A stretch of DNA of 64,000 bases from Candidatus Doudnabacteria bacterium RIFCSPHIGHO2_01_FULL_46_24 (GTDB taxonomy: Bacteria; Patescibacteriota; Doudnabacteria; UBA920; O2-02-FULL-48-8), in NCBI GenBank assembly GCA_001777575.1, contig MFEL01000010.1:20661-84660 (forward strand), written 5' to 3'. The position numbers were made by a program, and so were the translations under genes. Of the stretch, positions 28,213 to 38,058 are shown piece after piece. The stretch's first letter is position 1, and each line of letters opens with the position of its first letter. The notes beneath the pieces were generated by a model. That model saw nothing but the letters and a program-made list of their open reading frames with translations, was not told the origin of the DNA and ran no database searches.

Positions 28213-28399
28213 TGAAAAACCGTTCCACGCCATATTCGATTTTTACGCTAGGGAAGTGTCCCCAGAATATCTAATATCTGATTTCTAAAACAGAAAGAGC
28301 GTATTATCGAAGCGATAAGAAAGCTAAGGGGAGTGGGCTGAAAGAGGCTTATTCTGAGATATTAAGCTCGCCGCACAATGGCACTTGGACGACTAGCTA

Positions 28400-28930
28400 T
28401 TATATGGAATTAAATTTAAAAGGGTTTGGTCTAGATGATTTATATTCCAGCATTTGGTTTCTTATCTTATGCAACTCTTTTTCAATATCTGGCTCTAAAT
28501 GATTAGAAATGAATCCTCGCACACCTTTTTTGACATTAATATTTTTCAAACGTGCGCCTGAGATTAACTCTACTCCCCTACTCCAAAGCTTAAAATCCGA
28601 CGCTTTCTTCCCACGTAAGGGATGTTTATTAAATAATGGAATAAATATTTCTCTCAACAGCTTTGGATTCTGTACAGAATACCTTGCTAACTTGCCACCG
28701 TTAACGAAAGTCACTGATCCGCATCCAAGCGTATCTCTAATTTTATGCAAAAGATTGGCATCATCGGAGCGTAAAACTATTGCGAACTCTGCATTCCAGT
28801 AAAAATATTCTCTCGTCTTCCCATTTCTTATCTTTCTATCCAATCTATACTTCAGAGCAAAACAACCCTCACCTTCAACAAATCCGGCTAAGTAATCGCC
28901 AGGCAATTTATCAATAGTTTCAGGCTGCAT
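28400..28930 (-). CDS. LAGLIDADG-family homing endonuclease (single-motif, homodimer type), free-standing
   Basis: DYLAGFVEGEGCFAL motif; 176 aa; AT-rich (about 33 percent GC); starts 9 nt after the M23 peptidase stop. Confidence 0.75.
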   Translation of the reverse strand: MQPETIDKLPGDYLAGFVEGEGCFALKYRLDRKIRNGKTREYFYWNAEFAIVLRSDDANLLHKIRDTLGCGSVTFVNGGKLARYSVQNPKLLREIFIPLFNKHPLRGKKASDFKLWSRGVELISGARLKNINVKKGVRGFISNHLEPDIEKELHKIRNQMLEYKSSRPNPFKFNSI

Positions 28931-28938
28931 GATCTAAA

Positions 28939-30255
28939 CTACAAAAATTCCAGAGGGTTGTAAGTGTAGCCGTAAGGCACTCGGTAAGGGCCAAAGACGT
29001 TTGTAAATTGCCCATCTGCCACGCCATAGCCTTCTTCGTCAAATAAGGTGAAGTGCAGGTGGTAACCGCGGTGCGAACCGTAAAGCAACCTGGTCGTATT
29101 GCCGGTATTGCCCTCAAAGCCGACGAGGTCGCCCATTTTGACTGTCTGTCCGACCTTGGCCTTAAAACTGCTCATATGCGCGTACAGACTGATAAGCGCC
29201 CGCCCGCCGGAACTTATGGTGTGCTTGATCGTCACCCAATTGCCATAAGCGCCCGCTCCGGTGCCGGCGTCGATCACCACGCCATCAGCCGCGGCGTAGA
29301 TTGGCGTGCCGGCCGGACCTGCAATGTCAATGCCATTATGGAAATTGTAGCCAAGCGCGGTAAATCCGGTATTGCCATAGCCTTGGGTCAAAACCCCGTC
29401 CATGGGCCAGGCCAGCAGGCCTTTCCTGGCCGGCAGCCGCCTGTTGCCGAGTTTGCTGCGCAGTTCCACTTCCAAATCGTAAATTTCGCGCGAGATTTGT
29501 TCTTCCAAACCTTTCTGCTCGGCCAAAAGTCTCTGGTAAACTTTTTCCTGGCCGCGGGTCTGGTCCAAAATCTGCTGCTTGGCCGTGCGCTGGCCTCTTA
29601 AACCGGCTTCGGCCTCCTCCAGCTGGCCGAGCAAATCATCCAATTTTGCTTTCTGCTTCTTTAAGTCGAATTGCCTTTGTTCAAGGTCTTGCTTAAGCCT
29701 TTTAATCTCGCCAAGCGCCTCATTCGTCTGATCCTGGATGGTGGTGGTGTATTGAATTTGATCAATGAATTCCGTAAGGTTGTCATTTTCCAAGGCGATT
29801 TCCAGCGGGCTCATTTCGTCCAGTTCATTGAGCTGGCGGATCAACTGTATGAGGTTTTCCTTGGTCTTCTTGATATCAGCTTGGGTTTTCACGATTTGGT
29901 CAGTGACCTCGGCAATTTCCAGGTTCGTCTCGTCAATTTTTTCGCGGTTGGCCTCGATCTGCGCTTCAGTCTCGGCGATTTCTAAATTGACCAATTTGAT
30001 TTCATTGCCCAACGAGCTGGCTTTGGCCTTGGTTTCCTTGATTTCGGACTGAATGCCGGATATTTTTTTGTTGATTTCATTCAGTTTCTGCTGTTTCTCT
30101 TGTTTGAGTTTCTGCAGTTCGTCAACGCTTTGGCCTGCTACCGGGGCATTAGAGTATAATCCAAACGCGAGCATTAGTGCCAATGCCCCGCTTAACCATA
30201 TTCGCTTGCCTGCCCCGTTAGAAAACCCGACGCAGGATATGTTAAATATACTCAA
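28939..30255 (-). CDS. M23-family peptidoglycan metalloendopeptidase with a long N-terminal coiled coil (EnvC-like)
   Basis: N-terminal signal/TM, about 250-aa coiled coil; C-terminal LytM domain HNGIDIAGPAGTPIYAAADG...HLHF. Confidence 0.85.
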   Translation of the reverse strand: MSIFNISCVGFSNGAGKRIWLSGALALMLAFGLYSNAPVAGQSVDELQKLKQEKQQKLNEINKKISGIQSEIKETKAKASSLGNEIKLVNLEIAETEAQIEANREKIDETNLEIAEVTDQIVKTQADIKKTKENLIQLIRQLNELDEMSPLEIALENDNLTEFIDQIQYTTTIQDQTNEALGEIKRLKQDLEQRQFDLKKQKAKLDDLLGQLEEAEAGLRGQRTAKQQILDQTRGQEKVYQRLLAEQKGLEEQISREIYDLEVELRSKLGNRRLPARKGLLAWPMDGVLTQGYGNTGFTALGYNFHNGIDIAGPAGTPIYAAADGVVIDAGTGAGAYGNWVTIKHTISSGGRALISLYAHMSSFKAKVGQTVKMGDLVGFEGNTGNTTRLLYGSHRGYHLHFTLFDEEGYGVADGQFTNVFGPYRVPYGYTYNPLEFL

Positions 30256-30356
30256 CGCAGCAATTTGCCAGTTATTACAGGTTTTGAGTTTTCTCTTTGT
30301 TTTTCTAACGGGGTAAATTTTGATTTCAAGTAAGAAATCATCCTGTATATATTATA

Positions 30357-31802
30357 TCACGATTGGAATAATTTTTCAATGGCCGTATTTAATCTTTTCA
30401 AAATTATTTCCTTACCGTTTGGCAAAACAGCAAACGCATCCATGATTTCAAACGGCCCGGGGCTGGCTTCCAATCCAGTCAAAGCCACCCTAAGCGGCCA
30501 GAGTATAGCACCTTTGTCTTTATCCCCGATCTCGGCAAAAAAAGCATTTTGAATTTCTTCTTTGGAAATTGGGAATTGGCAATTGATAATTATTTTTTTA
30601 GCAATTTCTAGTGATTCGCTTAATTGGCGATTATCCACCTTTTTCCACCGAAGCATCTCTGGGTCATATGCAGGATCGCTAAAAAAATATTTGACCCTCT
30701 CCCCTATCTCAGAGAGCTTCTTAAGCCTCGCTTGTTCCAAAAGCAAAATCCTCAGCAAAAATTCTTTGGGATATTTTTCAAGCTCAAACCCCGCCCTGAT
30801 TAAGTACGGACTAATTCGCGCGAATAAGTCCTCGACTTTCAGGCTGCGGATATAAACTCCATTGAGCCAATCCAGTTTTTCCGGATCAAACACTGCGCCG
30901 GCTTTATTGAGCTTATCCAGGGAAAATTCTTCAGTCAGTTCGCGAAGGTTAAAAATTTCCTGCTCGGTTTTGGGGTTCCAGCCAAGCAGAGCGACGAAGT
31001 TAAGCAGGGCCTCGGGCAAATAACCTTGCTCCAAAAAATCTTTGACCGCAACATCGCCTTCCCGCTTGGAAAGTTTTTTGCGCGTTTTGGAAAGCAGCAG
31101 CGGCAGATGCACGAATTGAGGCAGCGGCCAGCCGAAAAATGAGTAAAGCAAAATATGCTTCGGCGCCGAAGGTACCCACTCCTCTCCCCTAATGACATGG
31201 GTGATGCCCATCAAATGATCATCAACCGTCGCCGCCAAATGGTAAGTCGGAAAACCGTCAGATTTCAAAAGCACCTGGTCATCCAAATCGTCCGATGAAA
31301 CGGAAATTTGCCCATGAATCACATCGGCAAAACTTATCCGCTGGCCGGCAGGTACGTTCATCCGGATTACGTGTGGCTCATTAGCTCGCAGTTTCGCTTC
31401 TGTTTCATCCTTTGAAAGCTTAAGACAATGTTTGTCATATTTAGGCGGCTGCTTGTTCTCCTGCTGCTGTTTGCGCAATTGATCAAGTCTCTCTGGCGCG
31501 CAAAAACAATGGTAGGCATGGCCTTTGTCTATAAGTTCCTGTGCGTGTTTGAAGTAAATGTCCAGTCGCTGCGACTGCAAAATAGGGCCTTCATCGAAGT
31601 TAAGCCTGAAATCCTTGAGGGTCTGCACGATATTCTCAAGTGATCCCGGCACAGTTCTTTTGACATCCGTGTCTTCGATGCGCAGGATAAATTTGCCGTT
31701 GTTTTTCCTGGCCCACAAAAATTCATAAAGCGCGGTGCGCAATCCGCCGATATGCAAAAATCCCGTGGGACTTGGAGCAAACCTGGTTCGTACTTCGGGC
31801 AT
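30357..31802 (-). CDS. gltX: glutamyl-tRNA synthetase
   Basis: RFAPSPTGFLHIGGLRTALY (HIGH), KKLSKREG (KMSKS). Confidence 0.95.
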   Translation of the reverse strand: MPEVRTRFAPSPTGFLHIGGLRTALYEFLWARKNNGKFILRIEDTDVKRTVPGSLENIVQTLKDFRLNFDEGPILQSQRLDIYFKHAQELIDKGHAYHCFCAPERLDQLRKQQQENKQPPKYDKHCLKLSKDETEAKLRANEPHVIRMNVPAGQRISFADVIHGQISVSSDDLDDQVLLKSDGFPTYHLAATVDDHLMGITHVIRGEEWVPSAPKHILLYSFFGWPLPQFVHLPLLLSKTRKKLSKREGDVAVKDFLEQGYLPEALLNFVALLGWNPKTEQEIFNLRELTEEFSLDKLNKAGAVFDPEKLDWLNGVYIRSLKVEDLFARISPYLIRAGFELEKYPKEFLLRILLLEQARLKKLSEIGERVKYFFSDPAYDPEMLRWKKVDNRQLSESLEIAKKIIINCQFPISKEEIQNAFFAEIGDKDKGAILWPLRVALTGLEASPGPFEIMDAFAVLPNGKEIILKRLNTAIEKLFQS

Positions 31803-31821
31803 AATTATTTATTGCTGACTA

Positions 31822-31856
31822 AGGATTACGAATTGTCAATCCGTAATCCGTAATTC
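31822..31856 (+). repeat. GGATTACG-aattgtcaat-CCGTAATCC hairpin (CGGATTACG repeat family) in the gltX 5' region
   Basis: 8-bp stem; the same word family as 7272-7322. Confidence 0.5.
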
Positions 31857-32665
31857 TTCAATTTATATTTATACACTTTCCAAATAAACACCGGCACCGC
31901 GTTCCACATTCGCTTAATCCGCCACGGCTGGGTGATCAGCCGCCACAGCCACTCCAAGCCCATGTCATGCAAGAACTTGGGCGCCTGGGGCTGTTTTCCG
32001 GCGATATAATCGAATGTGCCGCCCAAACCAATGGCGACTTTAACGTTCAATTTTTGAAGATTTTGGGCCAGCCACATCTCTTGCTTGGGCGGCGAATAAG
32101 CTATAAGCAGTATATCAGAATTACTCTGGTTTATCCTCTCGACCAGAGCGTCGTCAAATTCACAGTCAGACAAGGCCAGATTAATCCTTAATTCTTTATT
32201 CTGACTCCTTAATTCTTCTCCAGCTTTTCCTGCAACATCATCGGTTCCGCCGACCAGGGCCAAAGAGTAGCCGCGGTCAGCCGCAAGTTTAGCGATATCC
32301 CAAATTAAATGGCTGCCGGTGACCTGTTCTTTTATGACCGACCGAATCCAAGCGGGATAAAAAATTATTGCGGCAAGCGAGAGAATAAGATTTGAAAAAT
32401 GAAAATTGAAAATTGAAAATTGTTTCTTTCGTTGCAACGAAAGAAACTTAGCTGCCCAAAGTATACCAATGCCGTCCGGCAATGAAAGATTCGCGCTGTT
32501 AAGGACTTTTTTATAATTTTCGTCCCGTTGAGCAAATACAATCAGCTCTGAATATGGCGTAGTGACCAGGTGCGGCTGACCGTTTTGAACAAATTGATCA
32601 ATCGCGGCAATAGCCTCCTGCTTCAATACGCTGACAACCTGCACACCGGCAATGTCTATTTTCAT
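31826..32665 (-). CDS. WecB/TagA/CpsF-family glycosyltransferase
   Basis: LSLPDGIGILWAAKFL, GGTDDVAGKAGEEL, 279 aa; carries an in-frame repeat insertion. Confidence 0.75.
   Translation of the reverse strand: MKIDIAGVQVVSVLKQEAIAAIDQFVQNGQPHLVTTPYSELIVFAQRDENYKKVLNSANLSLPDGIGILWAAKFLSLQRKKQFSIFNFHFSNLILSLAAIIFYPAWIRSVIKEQVTGSHLIWDIAKLAADRGYSLALVGGTDDVAGKAGEELRSQNKELRINLALSDCEFDDALVERINQSNSDILLIAYSPPKQEMWLAQNLQKLNVKVAIGLGGTFDYIAGKQPQAPKFLHDMGLEWLWRLITQPWRIKRMWNAVPVFIWKVYKYKLKNYGLRIDNS
32394..32447 (+). repeat. in-frame insertion in the WecB/TagA CDS: (GAAAATT)x3 tandem repeat plus perfect palindrome GTTTCTTTCG-ttgcaa-CGAAAGAAAC
   Basis: Encodes LQRKKQFSIFNFHF on the minus strand; reading frame preserved. 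Confidence 0.6.
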
Positions 32666-33192
32666 TTCAAAGTTATTTCAATCAATTGTGTGTGGTGAGC
32701 GTGGTGCAACAAAAGTTTGCTCTCATAGAGCACGACTCTGTCAGCCATAAAACTTAGCTGTCTTAATTCTTCATTCGGGAAGTCTTCGATTTTCCGGTCC
32801 TTGAACATGACTTTGTCCATGTGCAAATTCGAGAGTTTGACATGCGGGTAATAGATCCGATCCTGAAACAGGAAGCCTGAATCATGAAACAGGACCTCAA
32901 GCTGAGACTGCAGCTTGCCCAAGGCAGGATTGGGCTTAAGCGTCATGTGTATCTGTTGGTGGAATTTCACCAGCTTGTCAAACTGGATTTCAAAAGGCTT
33001 GGCCTCAATCACCGCTTGGGAAAAAATCTCTTTAACTTTTTTCTGTTCATCATCAATTAACTCGCCGAAAAAATTTAGAGTAATATGGAGGTTTGTCGTG
33101 TTGATATAAGGCACTGGCAATCGTCCCTGAAAGATTTGAGTAGCCCTATCCTTAATTTCTTTTGGCAATGATATTGCTGTAAAAATACGCAT
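32662..33192 (-). CDS. RNA 2',3'-cyclic phosphodiesterase (2H family, LigT/ThpR-like)
   Basis: MRIFTAISLP start; HITL motif and a second HVKL motif; the ORF-track 5' extension (33193-33372) is probably non-coding. Confidence 0.55.
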   Translation of the reverse strand: MRIFTAISLPKEIKDRATQIFQGRLPVPYINTTNLHITLNFFGELIDDEQKKVKEIFSQAVIEAKPFEIQFDKLVKFHQQIHMTLKPNPALGKLQSQLEVLFHDSGFLFQDRIYYPHVKLSNLHMDKVMFKDRKIEDFPNEELRQLSFMADRVVLYESKLLLHHAHHTQLIEITLK

Positions 33193-33488
33193 AAAGACAT
33201 GGAAATTATAGCATATATCTGATAAACTTAGGTCATGCAGATTAATCGGCAATTCAAGAGAGATCACCACCTCCATTCGCCCGCCCACGTCTTGGCTGAA
33301 GAGCTTTCGGTCAAGCTTGATGACAAAAAGCATTTCGGGTTTTATTTGAAAATGGCGCTTATCCATGACCACAGTCTGCTGCGCAGAATCGCGGGTGAAG
33401 TCCTCGAAAGCAAGTCAACCAAAAAACCCGGCGCGCTCTTCGCTTACCTAGTTAAGAAATCAAAGACGCCTGATGTCAAAGGGAATCT

Positions 33489-33992
33489 TTGACACTTATG
33501 ATTCTTGAAATAATCACTGTTCCCAATCCAATCCTGACCACAAAAACCCAGCCGGTTGCCAAAATCACGCCGGACGTTTTGAAATTGGCGCAAGACATGA
33601 TTGAAACATGCAAACAAGCCCAAGGCATTGGCCTAGCCGCTCCCCAAATCGGCAAATCAATCCGCCTCTGCGTCGTCAATCTGGAGCACATGGGTATTCC
33701 GCTGTTTGCGCTCATCAATCCCAAAATTAAAAAAAAATCTTGGAAAAAGTCCGAAATGGAAGAAGGTTGTCTGTCAATCCCGGGAATTTACGGCATCGTC
33801 AGGCGACCGGATAAAATTAAGGTTGGAGCTTTGAATCTCAAAGGCCAAGAAAATGAGCTCTCGGCCGACGGTTTGCTAGCCCGCGTGATCCAGCACGAAG
33901 TGGATCACTTGGACGGGATTTTAATCACATCGAAGCTGGTCAGGCGAACAGACGGGACAGAAACCAAAGATAGGAAAAAATTAAAAGATTAG
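33489..33992 (+). CDS. def: peptide deformylase
   Basis: GIGLAAPQIG, EEGCLSIPG, HEVDHLDG. Confidence 0.92.
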   Translation: MTLMILEIITVPNPILTTKTQPVAKITPDVLKLAQDMIETCKQAQGIGLAAPQIGKSIRLCVVNLEHMGIPLFALINPKIKKKSWKKSEMEEGCLSIPGIYGIVRRPDKIKVGALNLKGQENELSADGLLARVIQHEVDHLDGILITSKLVRRTDGTETKDRKKLKD

Positions 33993-34080
33993 CGGTTACG
34001 ATGCCCGTATCGTGAGGTGTTCGACGCCTGACGTAACCTCAAGACGATACTGGATTCGTTACCGTAAGACACTAAACTAT

Positions 34081-35004
34081 ATGGCGCATAAAATAGTCTT
34101 TGCAGGCACAACTGATTTTGGCATCCCGACTCTCGAAATACTAAATACTAAATACCAAATACTGGCCATTGTCACCCAACCTGATCGACCCGCTGGAAGA
34201 AAAAAAGCGCTCTCCCCTTCCCCGATCAAACTGTGGGCCGAAAAAAATAACATTCCGGTTTTACAACCCGAGGAACTATCAACTATCACCCATCAACTAT
34301 CAACTTTAGAGCCCGGTCTTTTGCTTGTCGCCGCGTACGGCCAGATCATTCCCAAGGATATCCTCGACATCCCTAAATTCGGCTCAATCAACATTCACGG
34401 ATCCCTCCTTCCCAAATACCGTGGAGCTAGCCCGATCCAAGCGGCGATATTGCGCGGAGAAACCGAAACCGGCATCACGCTTATCAAAATGGACGAGAAA
34501 ATGGATCATGGCCCTGTTATCGCCCAAGCAATGATGACGATTGATGATAATGATGACTTCATAACTCTTTACAAAAAACTCTCGGATCTCTCAGCCGACT
34601 TGGTCATGGAAACCCTACCCAAGTGGTTTACCGGCCAAATGAGAAGTACCGAGCAGCGTCATGAGCAAGCTACTTACACCAAGCTTTTTGCGCACAGCGA
34701 TGGCCGGGTCGACTGGGCTACACCGGCTGTTGAGGTAGATCGAAAAGTCAAAGCCTTGAATCCTGAACCGGGCGTGTGGACTACGCTTGACAAAAAATCT
34801 GTTAAAATACTAAAAACAAAAGCGCTGCCTGATGCCAAAATTGAGCTTCCCGGAAAAATTTACGAAAGCGGCAATGAAATGCTGGTCAAATGCCAACTGG
34901 GGAGCCTGCAAATTCTCTATCTGCATCCGGAAGGCCGCAAACCCATGACCGGCCGCGACTTCTTAAACGGCCTGAAGTCAAGATCTAACGCAATGTTTAT
35001 ATAA
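34081..35004 (+). CDS. fmt: methionyl-tRNA formyltransferase
   Basis: MAHKIVFAGTTDFGIPTLE start; formyltransferase core SLLPKYRGASPIQ; C-terminal domain. Confidence 0.9.
   Translation: MAHKIVFAGTTDFGIPTLEILNTKYQILAIVTQPDRPAGRKKALSPSPIKLWAEKNNIPVLQPEELSTITHQLSTLEPGLLLVAAYGQIIPKDILDIPKFGSINIHGSLLPKYRGASPIQAAILRGETETGITLIKMDEKMDHGPVIAQAMMTIDDNDDFITLYKKLSDLSADLVMETLPKWFTGQMRSTEQRHEQATYTKLFAHSDGRVDWATPAVEVDRKVKALNPEPGVWTTLDKKSVKILKTKALPDAKIELPGKIYESGNEMLVKCQLGSLQILYLHPEGRKPMTGRDFLNGLKSRSNAMFI
34262..34312 (+). repeat. in-frame ATCAACTATCA-type short repeat inserted in the fmt CDS
   Basis: gaactatcaactatcacccatcaactatcaacttta encodes EELSTITHQLSTL; same repeat words as 25318-25360. Confidence 0.6.
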
Positions 35005-35006
35005 AA

Positions 35007-37457
35007 ATGGAAACAACGGGCTTAACCACAACTGAAGCTAAAGCGCTTCTGAATAAAATCGGGCCGAATAAAATTTCGATTGAACACAGGTTCAGCTTTT
35101 TTGGCTTGCTGTTTTCGGAAACTTTCAATTTGCTCAACATTCTACTGATGATCGCTTCTGCGGTATCGCTTATGATCGGCGACCTTCTCGATTCAATCCT
35201 CATCTTCGCCATCGTCATCCTCAACACCATTATTTCTTTTTGGCAGGAATACAAAGCCGAGCGCACGCTCCAAGAATTGCGCAACTTAACCCACACATAC
35301 GTCAAAGTCCTGCGGGACGGCAAAATGTCCCAAATTGACAGCGTCGAGCTGATCCCCGGCGATGTCATTCATCTGGAAAGCGGCGACAAGATTCCTGCCG
35401 ACGGCGTCATATTCCAATCCTACGGCTTGGAAGCAAACGAAGCTTCCTTAAGCGGCGAATCGCTCCCGGTATTTAAGCGTTCCGAAGCCGGACACAATCA
35501 AGTTTTCGCCGGCACACTGATTTCCGCCGGACACGGCATTGTCTTGGTTTCAGCTACCGGCATGTCCACCAGATTCGGACGCATCGCCCTTTCGCTCAAG
35601 GGTATCAAAGAAACCGAAACTCCGCTACAGAAACAGATAAAGCATCTGGCCCTAAATATCGGCTTAATCGCCCTGGCGTTGAGCGTTTTGATTTATTTTG
35701 TTGGGGTCTCACTGGGCCAAAGAGCCGTGGACATGTTTTTAACTTCGGTCAGCGCCGCGGTGGCGGCCATTCCAGAGGGGTTGCCAGCGATCATTCTTAT
35801 TACGCTGGCTGTGGGGGTGCGGCGCATGGCCCAGCGGAAAGCCGTGATCCGAAAAATAATCGCGGTGGAAGCGTTGGGTGCGGTCAATGTCATTGCCACG
35901 GACAAAACCGGGACCCTGACCAAAGGCGAGATGCGGGCTGAAAAACTCTACGTTTTAGGCAAACATTACACCCCGCAGTCTATCAAAACAGCTCTGAATC
36001 AGCCAAAAATGAAAAAATTCCTCGACGCGTTGGTAATTCCCAATACGGCCAGCCTGCTTTACCGCTTCGATCATGGGACCAAAGCCGTTTTGGGCGATTC
36101 CACCGAAGGAGCGCTGCTGCAGTTGGCTGAGTTTTTGGGAATCAACACCGAACTGCACAAAGCAAGCGCCGAAATATTGGAAGAATTTTCTTTTGACCAA
36201 AAACGAAAAAGCATGAGCATGGTCGTCCGCAAAGACGGCAAAGTAGAAGCTCTGGTCAAGTCCTCGCCGGAATTTATGGTCTCTGCCTCAACCAGGATCC
36301 CGCAAGATGATCGAATCAAAATTCTTACGGAAGAAGATAAGCAACAACTTGCCGACGTCTATTCATCACTGACCAAATCGGGCTACCGCGTCTTGGGCTT
36401 CGGGTATAAGCCGATGGATGAGCAGACCGGCTACAGACGCGATGAAATTGAATCCGATCTGATTTTCCTGGGGTTCATTGCGCTCTCCGATCCCATTCGG
36501 GATGAAGTCAAAGAATCCATCCGGCTGGCCAAGCAGGCCGGTATTATGACTGTCATGATCACCGGCGACAATGAACTGACTGCTCATGCGGTTGCCGTCA
36601 AACTGGAGCTGGCCGAAGAGGGCGATGAAATCATAACCGGGAAAGACTTGGAAAAAATCAGCGACGAACAATTAAAAAATATAATCCAGAAGGTGCGCGT
36701 GTTCGCCCGAACCAATCCCGAAGACAAACTGCGCATTGTCAAAGCCTTTCAACAGCTCGGGTTGTCGGTGGCCGTGACCGGCGACGGCGTCAATGACGCC
36801 CTGGCGCTGAAGCAGGCTGAAGTGGGTGTGGCCATGGGTAAAAAAGGCACGGACGTGGCCAAAGAAGCCGCCGACATTGTTATCACTGACGACAATTACG
36901 CCACCATTGTCAAAGCCATCGAGGAAGGGCGCACGATCTACGACAATGTCCTCAAATCCATCCGTTACCTGATCTCCACCAACATTTCCGAGCTGCTCAC
37001 GATCTTAATTGCGCTAATCTTGGGCCTCCCCTCTCCCCTCCTGCCCGCCCAAATATTGTGGATCAATTTGGTCTCCGACGGATTTCCGGCAATCGCTCTG
37101 GCTTTGGACCCCAAAGATCCCATGGCTATGAAAAAACTTCCCCGCTCCAAAGAACATCGGCTTCTGAATCTTAACTCTCTGGCTTTGCTTATCGGCATCG
37201 GGCTTGCGGTTTCGCTGATCGCCCTCATAGTCTATTGGCACACTTATAAATCCTCGGGCAACCTCGCATTCGCCAGGACCTGGACTTTCAGCACGCTGAT
37301 TTTGCTTCAAATGCTCGTGGCCTTCATCATCCGCGGCAACCGCAAACACGCCAACCAAAAACTGGTCGCGGCCGTGGTCTTCACCCTCGCCATCCAAGCC
37401 CTCATTTTGGTCAACCCGATCTTCTACCCCATATTCAAAATCGAAAAAATCTGGTGA
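35007..37457 (+). CDS. P-type cation-transporting ATPase (type IIA Ca2+/Mg2+-like)
   Basis: DKTGTLT, TGDN, GDGVNDA, 10 TM. Confidence 0.9.
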   Translation: METTGLTTTEAKALLNKIGPNKISIEHRFSFFGLLFSETFNLLNILLMIASAVSLMIGDLLDSILIFAIVILNTIISFWQEYKAERTLQELRNLTHTYVKVLRDGKMSQIDSVELIPGDVIHLESGDKIPADGVIFQSYGLEANEASLSGESLPVFKRSEAGHNQVFAGTLISAGHGIVLVSATGMSTRFGRIALSLKGIKETETPLQKQIKHLALNIGLIALALSVLIYFVGVSLGQRAVDMFLTSVSAAVAAIPEGLPAIILITLAVGVRRMAQRKAVIRKIIAVEALGAVNVIATDKTGTLTKGEMRAEKLYVLGKHYTPQSIKTALNQPKMKKFLDALVIPNTASLLYRFDHGTKAVLGDSTEGALLQLAEFLGINTELHKASAEILEEFSFDQKRKSMSMVVRKDGKVEALVKSSPEFMVSASTRIPQDDRIKILTEEDKQQLADVYSSLTKSGYRVLGFGYKPMDEQTGYRRDEIESDLIFLGFIALSDPIRDEVKESIRLAKQAGIMTVMITGDNELTAHAVAVKLELAEEGDEIITGKDLEKISDEQLKNIIQKVRVFARTNPEDKLRIVKAFQQLGLSVAVTGDGVNDALALKQAEVGVAMGKKGTDVAKEAADIVITDDNYATIVKAIEEGRTIYDNVLKSIRYLISTNISELLTILIALILGLPSPLLPAQILWINLVSDGFPAIALALDPKDPMAMKKLPRSKEHRLLNLNSLALLIGIGLAVSLIALIVYWHTYKSSGNLAFARTWTFSTLILLQMLVAFIIRGNRKHANQKLVAAVVFTLAIQALILVNPIFYPIFKIEKIW

Positions 37458-37461
37458 ACAA

Positions 37462-37492
37462 AAAAATCCCCCTTTCGGGGGATTTTTTTGAA
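37462..37492. terminator. bidirectional rho-independent terminator
   Basis: AAAAAATCCCCC-tttc-GGGGGATTTTTTT between convergent genes. Confidence 0.85.
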
Positions 37493-37493
37493 A

Positions 37494-37907
37494 TTACATT
37501 TGCGGATTGCCCATGCCACCGCTTGGCATGGATGAACCTTTGCTCATAGACGCATAAAGCGCCCAAGCGCCCACCACCACGTGCAACAAAGAATCAGCAG
37601 GATTTTCCAGATTTGCGCCCAAGAACGACTGGGAGATGATAAAGCTGTACAGGCCGATTAATACTGCCACCGCTCCCACCACCATGGCCAGAGTTTTCTG
37701 CGCGGCAGCCGGCAGGGTGTACGCCGCGAGCAAAGCGACTACGCCAATCACGATATGCGTCCAGTTCTCGGCGTTATCAAACCACCAGCCTGAGCCGAAA
37801 ATGCTTTGCTCGGCTGTCGGTCCGATGAGGAAAAAACCCAATACGCCGACAACTACCAGGATCACGCCGCCCCAGACCAAAAATTGCTTAGGATTCAAGT
37901 TTATCAC
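37494..37907 (-). CDS. hypothetical membrane protein
   Basis: 4 TM helices, 137 aa. Confidence 0.5.
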   Translation of the reverse strand: MINLNPKQFLVWGGVILVVVGVLGFFLIGPTAEQSIFGSGWWFDNAENWTHIVIGVVALLAAYTLPAAAQKTLAMVVGAVAVLIGLYSFIISQSFLGANLENPADSLLHVVVGAWALYASMSKGSSMPSGGMGNPQM

Positions 37908-38058
37908 CCCCTTTACATGCGATTATTCTAAGGCAGGTCTAAATTTATGGCAATTCACCCCGTTACAGTTTCAGAGTATTTTCGTTAGAAAAAGGCATTT
38001 TGTTACATTTTATCCACTTTAGTTATCAACAAATTATTTTTAAAAACTATAACGGGGT

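Noticed and set aside
28213-28400. Group I intron core around the LAGLIDADG gene
   Set aside because: There is no host rRNA or tRNA gene. No recognisable P7 (GACUA...) or P4-P6 elements were seen by eye. A covariance-model search is needed before excluding it completely.
29053-30316. Several plus-strand ORFs (182, 104, 95 and 87 aa) inside the M23 peptidase gene, and similar antisense ORFs inside gyrB, purF, hppA and the ATPase operon
   Set aside because: They are antisense to well-supported genes with clear family motifs. Their low-complexity translations are typical of coiled-coil or GC-rich antisense frames.
32394-32422. (GAAAATT)x3 tandem repeat as a possible CRISPR or minisatellite
   Set aside because: Only three 7-nt units, inside a CDS and in-frame. 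There are no spacers and no cas genes. It is treated as an in-frame repeat insertion instead.
33193-33372. 60-codon N-terminal extension of the LigT-like ORF
   Set aside because: 2H phosphoesterases start at the MRIF/MRLF motif, which is at 33192. The extension has no homology and lies in the divergent promoter region shared with def.
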